The notes under the pieces are model-generated. The model had not been told where the DNA came from. It worked only from the letters and a program-made list of their open reading frames with translations, and did no database searches. The position numbers and the translations under genes are program-made. A stretch of DNA of 64,000 nucleotides from Promethearchaeota archaeon (GTDB lineage: Archaea; Asgardarchaeota; Hermodarchaeia; Hermodarchaeales; Hermodarchaeaceae): assembly GCA_048939625.1 (NCBI GenBank), contig JBHLPH010000001.1:149649-213648 (forward strand), given 5' to 3'. Below, one piece after another: positions 1 through 8,374 of this stretch; the first letter of the stretch is position 1, and each line of letters starts with the position of its first letter.

Positions 1-425
1 ACGATAATGATGATGAGTGCCCCTCCTATAATGAGTGCAGCTCGAACAATAGGTGTGATGCTTTGATACCCTGTTTTTAGTGCCAGTGAGAATAACGCGG
101 CACCAATAAGAAATCCACCAAGTCCTCGGAATACAATATAGATTGGAGCTAAGATGGGAATAAGACTTGGTGTCGTGAATTGGAAATAGGTAATGAGAGC
201 TAAAATGAAAGTGGCGAGTGTAATGAAAAACAAGCCCACAATGAGAAAACGATGCTCAGAGAAGGATTTGAGCTCCCCGAATTCTTGGAGCGCATACTGT
301 TTTTCAATGAGGGTTATGAGTTCAGCTCGACTCATCGAATCAGTAACCTTGATCCCAAGTTGTTCAGCTTCTTTTTCCAGTCCCTTGCGGTCTAATGTCA
401 ATAACTTGTCACGTAAATCTGTCAC
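1..425 (-). CDS. Membrane protein with N-terminal Rho_N/SAP/HeH-like helical motif (runs off the window edge, 3' partial)
   Basis: Not in the ORF track. Manual translation from GTG at 425 (GGAGG just upstream) is open to base 1: VTDLRDKLLTLDRKGLEKEAEQLGIKVTDSMSRAELITLIEKQ..., then at least 3 hydrophobic segments. Confidence 0.7.
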   Translation of the reverse strand, partial: MTDLRDKLLTLDRKGLEKEAEQLGIKVTDSMSRAELITLIEKQYALQEFGELKSFSEHRFLIVGLFFITLATFILALITYFQFTTPSLIPILAPIYIVFRGLGGFLIGAALFSLALKTGYQSITPIVRAALIIGGALIIII

Positions 426-590
426 GTTCCAACCTCCACACTAAAGTTATGGGGTTTTCTGCTATTAATTAGCCTGGGAAGTATAGCCTTTTGCTTGCGA
501 CTAGCTTCTTATACATTTTTATCTTGGCAATATTTGCCGCTAGAGCCTATCTGCTACACGTGTTGACTAAGACGAGCTCCTTTTAGGCAT

Positions 591-833
591 TTATACAGAT
601 TTAGTTGGTGGTGGGGTGGTGTTCAAAAGTAGGAAGAGGCTGTAAATGAGGAGCCCAATGAAGATTCCTGAGGAAATGAAGAAGTAAGTAGTTTTGAACA
701 GATCTGATCCAAGAAGCGGAACCCACGCAGGCCAGAATGGCGCTGTCCAGCCAAATGCAAATATGATGGACCCAATTGTGAGTAACAATGCAGCGAGAAG
801 CCACCGACCGCGATCGGACATTTTTGATACCAT
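591..833 (-). CDS. Small two-TM hypothetical membrane protein
   Basis: ORF 591..857; likely start MVSKMSDR at 833; two hydrophobic helices; co-oriented with neighbours. Confidence 0.6.
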   Translation of the reverse strand: MVSKMSDRGRWLLAALLLTIGSIIFAFGWTAPFWPAWVPLLGSDLFKTTYFFISSGIFIGLLIYSLFLLLNTTPPPTKSV

Positions 834-892
834 ATTATGACCTACATTAAGTATCATTTCACTGGGAAAAAGGGATTCTATAGTTTTTTGTC

Positions 893-3754
893 TTAACTGT
901 TTCCCTTCCTTTGAGGTTCGTCTGTCTTCGATTCGAAGGTGGGTTCCCTTTGATGTCGTTCACGATAGCGTAGAATGAACTTGAAGACTTCCACAACTAC
1001 AAATATTGAGAAGGTGAGAAGAATGATGATGAGCCAATCTTGAAGAAGAAGAGGTTGTGTACGAAAAACAATTTGGAGTGGTGGAAAATAGATAATGAAT
1101 AATTGGAGTATAATAGAAACAGCGATTGCAAGGATCAGATACCGATTTTTGAAAAAGCCCACTTGAAAGAGAGAGAGATGCCCTGACCGAGAATTCAGAG
1201 CATGCACCATCTGAGTCATCACCAGAACCGTTAAAGCTAGTGTACCCGCTCGAAGAACAGCTTGATCAGGTGATAAGTTGAATGGTGGATTTGTAAGGCT
1301 AAACATTGTAACATAATATATCCATAAAGTGGCAAGGGCAATGGCTACACCCACCACCCATATTAGGACCCAGACCTGTCTTGTAATGATGCCTTCTTGG
1401 GGATCCCGGGGCCCCCGTTTCATCACATCAGGTTCCATGGGATCCATTCCCAATGCGAGGGCAGGTAGTCCATCAGTAACCAGGTTAATGAATAGAATCT
1501 GAATAGCTAGCAGGGGTAGTGGCCAGCGGAAGATAATCGAGAGTGTGATGCTGGCTAGAAAGATGACTAGGATTTCTCCTGCATTACAAGATAAGAGATA
1601 TGAAATAAATTTCCGGGTATTGTCTCCGATACCTCGACCTTCCTCAATGGCATTCACTATCGAGGAGTAGTTATCATCTGTTAGGATCATATCAGAGGCT
1701 TCTTTAGCTACATCCGTTCCTGTGACACCCATAGCAATTCCGATGTCAGCGTATTTGAGGGCAGGCGCATCGTTGACTCCATCACCTGTCATCGCTGTGA
1801 TGTGCCCACGGGTTTTCAAAGCTTGAACAATCCGAAGCTTATGTTCAGGTGAGACACGAGCATAGACACGAACTTGGGGAGCAGCATCCGTGAGGTCAGC
1901 ATCTGAAAGGGCATCGAGAGCACTACCAGTTAGGACTGCATCATCCTCTTCGAACATTCCGAGTTCGTTTGCAATGGCAAGCGCTGTATACTGGTTGTCG
2001 CCAGTAATCATGATAGATTTGATTCCCGCAGTCCGTGCTGTTTTAATAGCATCGTATACTTCAGGACGAGGCGGATCCATCATCCCGACAAGTCCCACGA
2101 ATACGAGATCAAATTCGATGCCTTCTGGTGAGATGTCGCAGAGATCTTCGGGACAAATCCGGTACGCCATTCCCAGAACACGGAGGGCTTTGTTAGCCAT
2201 TTTATCATTGTTGCTTAAGATTTCAGCGCGTTGTTCTTTGGTTAGGGCTTGAATTCCGTTAGCTGTAAATATGTAGGAACTTTGCTCCAGAACAACTTCA
2301 GGAGCACCCTTGATGTAAGCAGTTGTCTCCTGTTCGGGCGTATCATGGAGCGTGGACATACGTTTTCTATCAGGATCAAAGGGCAATTCGGCAATCCTAG
2401 GATATTCATTTAGTTGCGTGTCAGTGAATCCTGCTTTCTGAGCTGCAACCACCAAAGCTCCCTCAGTAGGATCACCTATTACATGCCATTTACCCTCTTC
2501 TTCCCGAATTATAGCATTACTACAAAGAACACCTATACGTAGAAGCAAGGCTAGTTGACCATTTTGTAAAGGATCAATTGGTTGACCGTCGGCTGAAAAG
2601 GAGCCCTCTGGAGAATATCCAGCGCCTGTGACATGCACAGAGTATCCGGGAACATAGAGCTCACGGACTGTCATTTCATCTTTGGTTAGAGTACCGGTTT
2701 TATCAGAGCAAATAATATCAGCAGAGCCTAGGGTTTCAACGGCGGGAAGTCGTCGGATGATGGCATTTCGTTTCACCATCCGTTGGACGCCTAAAGCCAA
2801 AGTTATTGTTACCACTGCAGGTAGACCTTCTGGTATTGCGGCAACAGCGAGTGCTACAGCAATTACGAATAAGTCGAGGAAGGTCGAAAAAGTAAGCATG
2901 GCCATAATCCAAGCAACAACTACCTGAATGGTCAGCACAATCATACAGATAATCAGAATCGCAATACCAAGTTGTCGCCCAAGTTGTCGCATGCGTTTCT
3001 GTTGAGGAGTTTCTTTTTCTCCCGCTTCTGAAATGAACCCTGCAATCCGTCCTATTTCAGTGTTCATCCCCGTTTCGGTCACAACTGCAAGACCTCGCCC
3101 AGAAGTGATTGCGGTACCTGCGTGGACCATATTGGATTGATCAGCTAGTGGGATGTTACGATCAAGAATTCTGTCTGCTTCCTTTTTAACTGGCATCGAT
3201 TCCCCTGTGAGCGATGCCTCGTCTGTATAGATATTATTGGACTCAATTAGCCTTGCATCTGCTGGGAGACGGTCACCCATTTCCAATCGTAGAATTTCAC
3301 CTGGTACTACTTCCGTTGCTGGAATATCAATCGGTTCGCCATTTCGGAGCACATGCGCTTGAGGTGCTGCCATTTTTTGGAGAGCTTCAATAGATTTCTC
3401 AGCTCGATATTCCTGAGTGAAGCCAAGAATAGCATTGAGAATTACAATTATCATGATAACAATGGCGTCAATAGGTGGTTCGGGATGCTCCGTTATGATT
3501 CCTGAGTAGACATTCACGACCAAGGAAATAATGGCTGCAAAAATCAGTATGATGACTAACGCTTCTTTGAATTGTGAAAGAAACATGGAAAGGGGACCAG
3601 GGCCCTTGGCTTCTTCAAGAGCGTTTGGACCGTATTCAGCTAATCTGCGTTGTGCCTCTTCCAGACTGAGTCCATCTTCTGTGACTTGCAGCTGTTCCAT
3701 GACTTGGGATGCATTCTGAGTATGAGGAGGAGGAATATCAGTCGTCAAGGACAC
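893..3754 (-). CDS. P-type cation-transporting ATPase, type IIA (Ca2+/SERCA-like)
   Basis: TGES, VAAIPEGL, DKTGTLT phosphorylation site, KGAPE, MITGD, GDGVNDAPALK, NLVTDGLPA motifs; ~10 TM. Confidence 0.95.
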   Translation of the reverse strand: MSLTTDIPPPHTQNASQVMEQLQVTEDGLSLEEAQRRLAEYGPNALEEAKGPGPLSMFLSQFKEALVIILIFAAIISLVVNVYSGIITEHPEPPIDAIVIMIIVILNAILGFTQEYRAEKSIEALQKMAAPQAHVLRNGEPIDIPATEVVPGEILRLEMGDRLPADARLIESNNIYTDEASLTGESMPVKKEADRILDRNIPLADQSNMVHAGTAITSGRGLAVVTETGMNTEIGRIAGFISEAGEKETPQQKRMRQLGRQLGIAILIICMIVLTIQVVVAWIMAMLTFSTFLDLFVIAVALAVAAIPEGLPAVVTITLALGVQRMVKRNAIIRRLPAVETLGSADIICSDKTGTLTKDEMTVRELYVPGYSVHVTGAGYSPEGSFSADGQPIDPLQNGQLALLLRIGVLCSNAIIREEEGKWHVIGDPTEGALVVAAQKAGFTDTQLNEYPRIAELPFDPDRKRMSTLHDTPEQETTAYIKGAPEVVLEQSSYIFTANGIQALTKEQRAEILSNNDKMANKALRVLGMAYRICPEDLCDISPEGIEFDLVFVGLVGMMDPPRPEVYDAIKTARTAGIKSIMITGDNQYTALAIANELGMFEEDDAVLTGSALDALSDADLTDAAPQVRVYARVSPEHKLRIVQALKTRGHITAMTGDGVNDAPALKYADIGIAMGVTGTDVAKEASDMILTDDNYSSIVNAIEEGRGIGDNTRKFISYLLSCNAGEILVIFLASITLSIIFRWPLPLLAIQILFINLVTDGLPALALGMDPMEPDVMKRGPRDPQEGIITRQVWVLIWVVGVAIALATLWIYYVTMFSLTNPPFNLSPDQAVLRAGTLALTVLVMTQMVHALNSRSGHLSLFQVGFFKNRYLILAIAVSIILQLFIIYFPPLQIVFRTQPLLLQDWLIIILLTFSIFVVVEVFKFILRYRERHQREPTFESKTDEPQRKGNS

Positions 3755-3861
3755 GTCCAGCGATATTTATAGGATAGTCTAATGTGAGCGTTAATATTGA
3801 GGCATTCAACGTATCTCATTTATTTAACGTTGTGTATCGTAAGCTCACTTCTGGGAAGTGA

Positions 3862-4515
3862 TTATGCACTAGGCTTTTCAACTGTCGTTTCCTTTGGAAA
3901 AAGTGTCTTGGCGATTTCGTGTCGATATTTCACTTCGACTTGTGAGAGTAAGGTCTCTATCCGATAATCCACGGTGATATTGCCTTCTTTGTTTTGAACC
4001 ATAACGCCACCAATTATGCCAAGTGCTTGTTTTCCAACGGTGACTTTGGTACTCTGATTAGTTGTTTTTGAAATTGCCGTTCCAAGACCTGTAATCTTTG
4101 AGATGACAGCGTGGTCTTCCTTTCGGGCAAGAACAATAAGATCCCCACCACCAACCTGAATTCCAGCATTGATGATGAGATTTTTCAGAAATGCCTTATA
4201 TCGCGCAGTTCCTCGTTCCTTTTCAAATTGCGTCTGAGCTTCTTGGAACGCTGTATCGATCATCTTAGCTTTGGCACTCATTATCCGCATATGCGCATCA
4301 TTTCGAGCTTTTCCTATAATTCGGTCACCTGATCGCTCAGCCATTTGCTTCCGACGGTCAGCCCAACCAGAGAGAGTGGATTGTGCGTTTTCTTGAGCAA
4401 CCTCGATTAGTTCTCGTGCTGAGACTTCAGCTTTTTGGATAATCTGTTTAGCGTCAGCTTTTGCCTCACTAATAATCATTTGTTCGATTTGATCTGAAGA
4501 CGAGATATTGCTCAT
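3862..4515 (-). CDS. atpE: A/V-type ATP synthase subunit E (peripheral stalk)
   Basis: N-terminal Ala/Glu/Lys coiled coil; C-terminal IIGGVMV...ITVDYRIETLL signature. Confidence 0.85.
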   Translation of the reverse strand: MSNISSSDQIEQMIISEAKADAKQIIQKAEVSARELIEVAQENAQSTLSGWADRRKQMAERSGDRIIGKARNDAHMRIMSAKAKMIDTAFQEAQTQFEKERGTARYKAFLKNLIINAGIQVGGGDLIVLARKEDHAVISKITGLGTAISKTTNQSTKVTVGKQALGIIGGVMVQNKEGNITVDYRIETLLSQVEVKYRHEIAKTLFPKETTVEKPSA

Positions 4516-4838
4516 TTGTTTGCACCTCCATATGAATAAACAGAAGAAACTATGAGATCAACGGTTTTCTTCAAATGCTTCTTCCCTTGTTCCTCAATAG
4601 CGGCGGCTTCTTGCTCAGCTTTGGAAAGAATAGTTTTGGATTGCGTTTGAGCCTTTTTCTCTACACCCTTTTGCTGGGTAGCAATTTGCGCCGCCAGTTC
4701 ATCCCGAACTTTCTGTTCAGTTTCGCGTGCCTGGCGTTCAGCCTCACGCTTAATTTGCTCAGCTTTTGCTTGGGCTTCTTCAATAATCTTTGCAGCCTTA
4801 GCTTCGGCACTTTGGATACCAGATAAAACCTCGCTCAT
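4512..4838 (-). CDS. atpH: A/V-type ATP synthase subunit H/G (peripheral stalk)
   Basis: 108-aa coiled coil IQSAEAKAAKIIEEA...VDLIV; overlaps the subunit E start. Confidence 0.8.
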   Translation of the reverse strand: MSEVLSGIQSAEAKAAKIIEEAQAKAEQIKREAERQARETEQKVRDELAAQIATQQKGVEKKAQTQSKTILSKAEQEAAAIEEQGKKHLKKTVDLIVSSVYSYGGANK

Positions 4839-5006
4839 CGTTTACACCGAAAGAACCTGACAATACCTTAGTCGGTAATCGCCTTTCAACAAAGACCTAT
4901 CCTAATAAGCATTATTATCCGTTAAATTTCTGAAATTGGATAATCTTCCGAAACCTTAAGAATGGGATTCCCTTTACTATCGACCCCCAAATGAGAATTT
5001 ATCTCA

Positions 5007-5255
5007 ATGGGAGCTTCGGTGACAGAGTTGAGTGATGAACCTCCAATGTCAGGTGGAAGGGTATTCCGTTATACCACGATCGCCTGCGAGATTCTCGTTT
5101 TTGCCTTTGTTGGATGGATTATTGGACCATATATCTGGGGACCAAACGGACAATATCTTGGAGCCCTTATCGGAGCATTACTCGGTACTCTTATGATGTT
5201 TTGCACGCTGTTCTACCTAGCAGGACTCTTTGGAAGAAAGGAGAAACAAGCGTAA
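5007..5255 (+). CDS. Small two-TM protein, AtpZ/AtpI-like accessory candidate
   Basis: Gly-rich two-helix pattern (VGWIIG...GALIGALLG); directly upstream of subunit C. Confidence 0.5.
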   Translation: MGASVTELSDEPPMSGGRVFRYTTIACEILVFAFVGWIIGPYIWGPNGQYLGALIGALLGTLMMFCTLFYLAGLFGRKEKQA

Positions 5256-5295
5256 GAAGAAGGCTTATCAAAAGTGAGTGAGAAGGTAGCACACA

Positions 5296-6345
5296 ATGTC
5301 CGTCGCACGATACAGTTTCATCAACGCTAAAATTAGAGGATATAAAGCCGATATGCTTACTTCTGAGCATTGGGATGCTCTTCTTGGTGCGCGAGACATG
5401 TATGCGGCCCTCCGTGTGCTCGATACAACCAGTTATGCCGATATCGTGAAGGACTTTGATGAAACTGCGACGCCACAAGAGGTTGAACAAGCTCTGCAGC
5501 TAGACTTCAACCGTGTTCTTTCAGAAATCCGGACCGATGTCCCTAAAAGCGCCCAAACACTCATGAACTGGATTACACGAAAATTCCAACGAGAAGTTGT
5601 TAAACCCATCCTCCGACTTTTCGTTACTGAGAAAGATGCGAGTTTGGCAGAACGTCTACTTGTGCCTGTGGATCCTTTCACAACAACCGTTCTGCTAGAT
5701 CTGCTTTCAGCCAAAGACCTAAATGAATTTATAGACAAAATCCCCGATCGATATTTCAGAAATATAATCAGGGATAATCTGCCGAAATACGAGGAAACTA
5801 GCAGATTGGTAATTATCGAACAAGCCATTGACGCAGATATTTTGAATAACTTATACTTGGAAGCCCAGAAACTCAAAGGTCTTGATAAAGACGTTACCTC
5901 AAAGCTTGCTGGTGTAGAAATTGATCTTGTGAACCTAATGATAACTCTTCGAACTCACTTTCTCGGAATCGAGCAAGCAGACGCTGAAGCCCTTCTTCTC
6001 GATGCGGAATATCGCCTATCTCGTAATTTATGTAAAGAGGCATTAGCTGCAAGAAGCTTTGAGGAACGCGTACGAAAACTCCAAGAAAGTGTATATGGAT
6101 CGATGATTGCCAAAAGCTGGGAAGCTTATGAATTACACCAAACGCTCTACACTTTTGAGCACACATTTCATGAACAAATCCGACGAGATAGCACCGATGC
6201 ACTCCTCGGGTATCCATTCCATCTGGGAATTGTCCTTGGCTACCTTAATCTGAAATGGTACGAAATCGTCAATTTGAAAGCCGTGATGAATGGAAAAGCT
6301 GATCAAATTGATCCAAATATAATCCGTCGCGTCCTTATCCTATAA
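5296..6345 (+). CDS. atpC: A/V-type ATP synthase subunit C (d/AC39 family)
   Basis: YSFINAKIRG N-terminus, EIDLVNL, YLNLKWYEIVNLKAV...IRRVLI C-terminus; 349 aa. Confidence 0.9.
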   Translation: MSVARYSFINAKIRGYKADMLTSEHWDALLGARDMYAALRVLDTTSYADIVKDFDETATPQEVEQALQLDFNRVLSEIRTDVPKSAQTLMNWITRKFQREVVKPILRLFVTEKDASLAERLLVPVDPFTTTVLLDLLSAKDLNEFIDKIPDRYFRNIIRDNLPKYEETSRLVIIEQAIDADILNNLYLEAQKLKGLDKDVTSKLAGVEIDLVNLMITLRTHFLGIEQADAEALLLDAEYRLSRNLCKEALAARSFEERVRKLQESVYGSMIAKSWEAYELHQTLYTFEHTFHEQIRRDSTDALLGYPFHLGIVLGYLNLKWYEIVNLKAVMNGKADQIDPNIIRRVLIL

Positions 6346-6386
6346 TCGCTCCTTAATGTGTGACTGAGTAAAAATCTGGAGGTACG

Positions 6387-6767
6387 ATGAATATGGGTTC
6401 CCATCACATTCTTTTTGATGAAAATTTGAGCACCTCCCGAAAAACGCTAGCGGGTCAACTCTATCAAATACTCCTATCGAATAACTGGGTATGCCATTCT
6501 GTTCATGATTTCCCGGATTTAATTGGTCACCCTGACGAAGAAATCATCGCATATGCAAAGAAGCAGAAGTGGTCCTTACTAACCCTTGATAAACGAATGG
6601 CCTATTTATCCGTCAAAGAAGGAGTTCAAACCTACCTGATTCTTCACGAGAAACGAAGTGATGAAGACGAAGAAATCGAAGAATATACGGTCGTTCATCT
6701 CGAACCCTTCGCTACTATCGAAGCCAGGAAAAGCTACGATGCCCGACTCACAGGACCCAGCAAATGA
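6387..6767 (+). CDS. PIN-like (DUF5615/Mut7-C type) protein
   Basis: LFDENL, DEEIIAYA, LLTLDK motifs. Confidence 0.65.
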   Translation: MNMGSHHILFDENLSTSRKTLAGQLYQILLSNNWVCHSVHDFPDLIGHPDEEIIAYAKKQKWSLLTLDKRMAYLSVKEGVQTYLILHEKRSDEDEEIEEYTVVHLEPFATIEARKSYDARLTGPSK

Positions 6768-6779
6768 GAAAAGTGCAAA

Positions 6780-7157
6780 TTAGATTAGTCGCAATTCATG
6801 GACTTTTCCAATGAACTTATCGTAATCGCCTTTACTCACCGAATAGATGTGATACTTTGAATTCCCAGAATCATCATCGTAGGTCAAATACATTAACGTG
6901 GGTCCACCAGTCCAACGTTCATAACTTTGACCAACAAGTCGATCAGAGGGAAAGGCATGTAGTCGTTTCTTTTCTTTCTTGAACGTACCCTTAACTTTAA
7001 GAAAGACGAATTCTTTTTCTGTGAGAACCAATTCGCCTTTCGTTTTCTCTAGCGTGTTAAATCCGGTTTCATCACGAATTTCATGCGTTGCTTTGATAGA
7101 AATGATTACTTTTGCACCACCGAAAGGATCAGCCTCAGTCAATACAGCCCACCTCAA
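6780..7157 (-). CDS. Hypothetical protein, PH-like fold candidate
   Basis: GELVLTEKEFVF strand motif with a C-terminal helix. Confidence 0.45.
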   Translation of the reverse strand: MRWAVLTEADPFGGAKVIISIKATHEIRDETGFNTLEKTKGELVLTEKEFVFLKVKGTFKKEKKRLHAFPSDRLVGQSYERWTGGPTLMYLTYDDDSGNSKYHIYSVSKGDYDKFIGKVHELRLI

Positions 7158-7261
7158 TACAAACGTGACTAAGAAAGATAAAAGCGTTGGGAAGACTTCA
7201 AGCGTACCTTCCCAACTAGCTTCTTCTAAGTATCAAGTCGAGAAAAGGAAAATTCATTCAA

Positions 7262-8296
7262 TTAGATTAGCGCATCGCTAACTTCACTAATGATCTGATG
7301 ATAGATTGACTCTGCTTTCTGTTGGGATTTAATTCCTCGAATTAAGATATTGCCTTCCCCAACAATACTGACTTCAATTCCTTTCGCAAACTGTATTTGC
7401 ACACCCATCGATGTTTGAGCTATAATAGGATACTTTTGTCGAAGAATAGCGGTTGCCTGTTTGATATCAATCGGAATGGCATCATATGCGTGTACCAAGA
7501 AGGTCTCCTCTGTACATAATTCTGTTATTTCAAGTCCAGCTTGAATCTTAGGTTCGGCTAGTTTAACCGCAGGTCCGCAGACTGGACAGTTCTCATGGGA
7601 TTGCAGAGGAATCTGGTCAAGTCGAAAGCGTGTGATATCAAACATGAGAAGTTCGTTCGCTAGTAACGGTGGTTTATCGAGAATTAGATGCAACACCTCT
7701 TGTACCTGCAGATTAGCAATTACTCCCAACACCGTCGGATAGATCCCGACTGTCGCACAAGTCGGTTGATCCTCCTCCAAGCCACCAAATACACATTCGA
7801 GGCAGGCAGTTTTCCCAGGAATTATAGTTGTTAAATTGCCTACCCCAGCCAATGCCCCAGCAAACACGTAAGGAATTCCCTGACGCACGCAAGCACGATT
7901 CAGGGCATATCGTGGCTTAAAACTATCTAAACCATCCACCACTACATCCATCCCTTTCACCACACGATCCGCCGTAGTTTCCGTCACCGAAAGCGCCCAT
8001 GGTTCAACCGAAACCTCCGCATTAAGTTGCTTCAATCGATTCATTGCCACCTCCACCTTCGGCTTCCCCACATCCTCAGCCGTATACAGTAACTGACGCT
8101 GCAGATTCGAAAGTTCAATAATGTCACGGTCCACAATTCGAAGCGTGCCAATCCCCAGTGAAGCCAATTGCCGAGCCGACACACTCCCTAATCCACCAAT
8201 CCCAACAACCACAACTTTCGCCTCACGGATTCGCTCTAAACCCACTTTTCCAATTCCATCAAGCACGCGGAATCGGCTATACCGATCTTCCGTCAT
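7262..8296 (-). CDS. HesA/MoeB/ThiF (E1-like) adenylyltransferase
   Basis: GIGGLG, DRDIIELSNLQRQ, CLEC and CPVC zinc motifs, PTC catalytic Cys. Confidence 0.9.
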   Translation of the reverse strand: MTEDRYSRFRVLDGIGKVGLERIREAKVVVVGIGGLGSVSARQLASLGIGTLRIVDRDIIELSNLQRQLLYTAEDVGKPKVEVAMNRLKQLNAEVSVEPWALSVTETTADRVVKGMDVVVDGLDSFKPRYALNRACVRQGIPYVFAGALAGVGNLTTIIPGKTACLECVFGGLEEDQPTCATVGIYPTVLGVIANLQVQEVLHLILDKPPLLANELLMFDITRFRLDQIPLQSHENCPVCGPAVKLAEPKIQAGLEITELCTEETFLVHAYDAIPIDIKQATAILRQKYPIIAQTSMGVQIQFAKGIEVSIVGEGNILIRGIKSQQKAESIYHQIISEVSDALI

Positions 8297-8374
8297 TTAT
8301 GGCACCACCATTTCACCGAGTACTAACTGGTACTGACAATTCTTGACCTTTTCTAAACTTCTATAGAAAGTGCC

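Noticed and set aside
6387-6767. Toxin-antitoxin or defence module
   Set aside because: PIN-like gene has no adjacent antitoxin-like partner or other defence genes.
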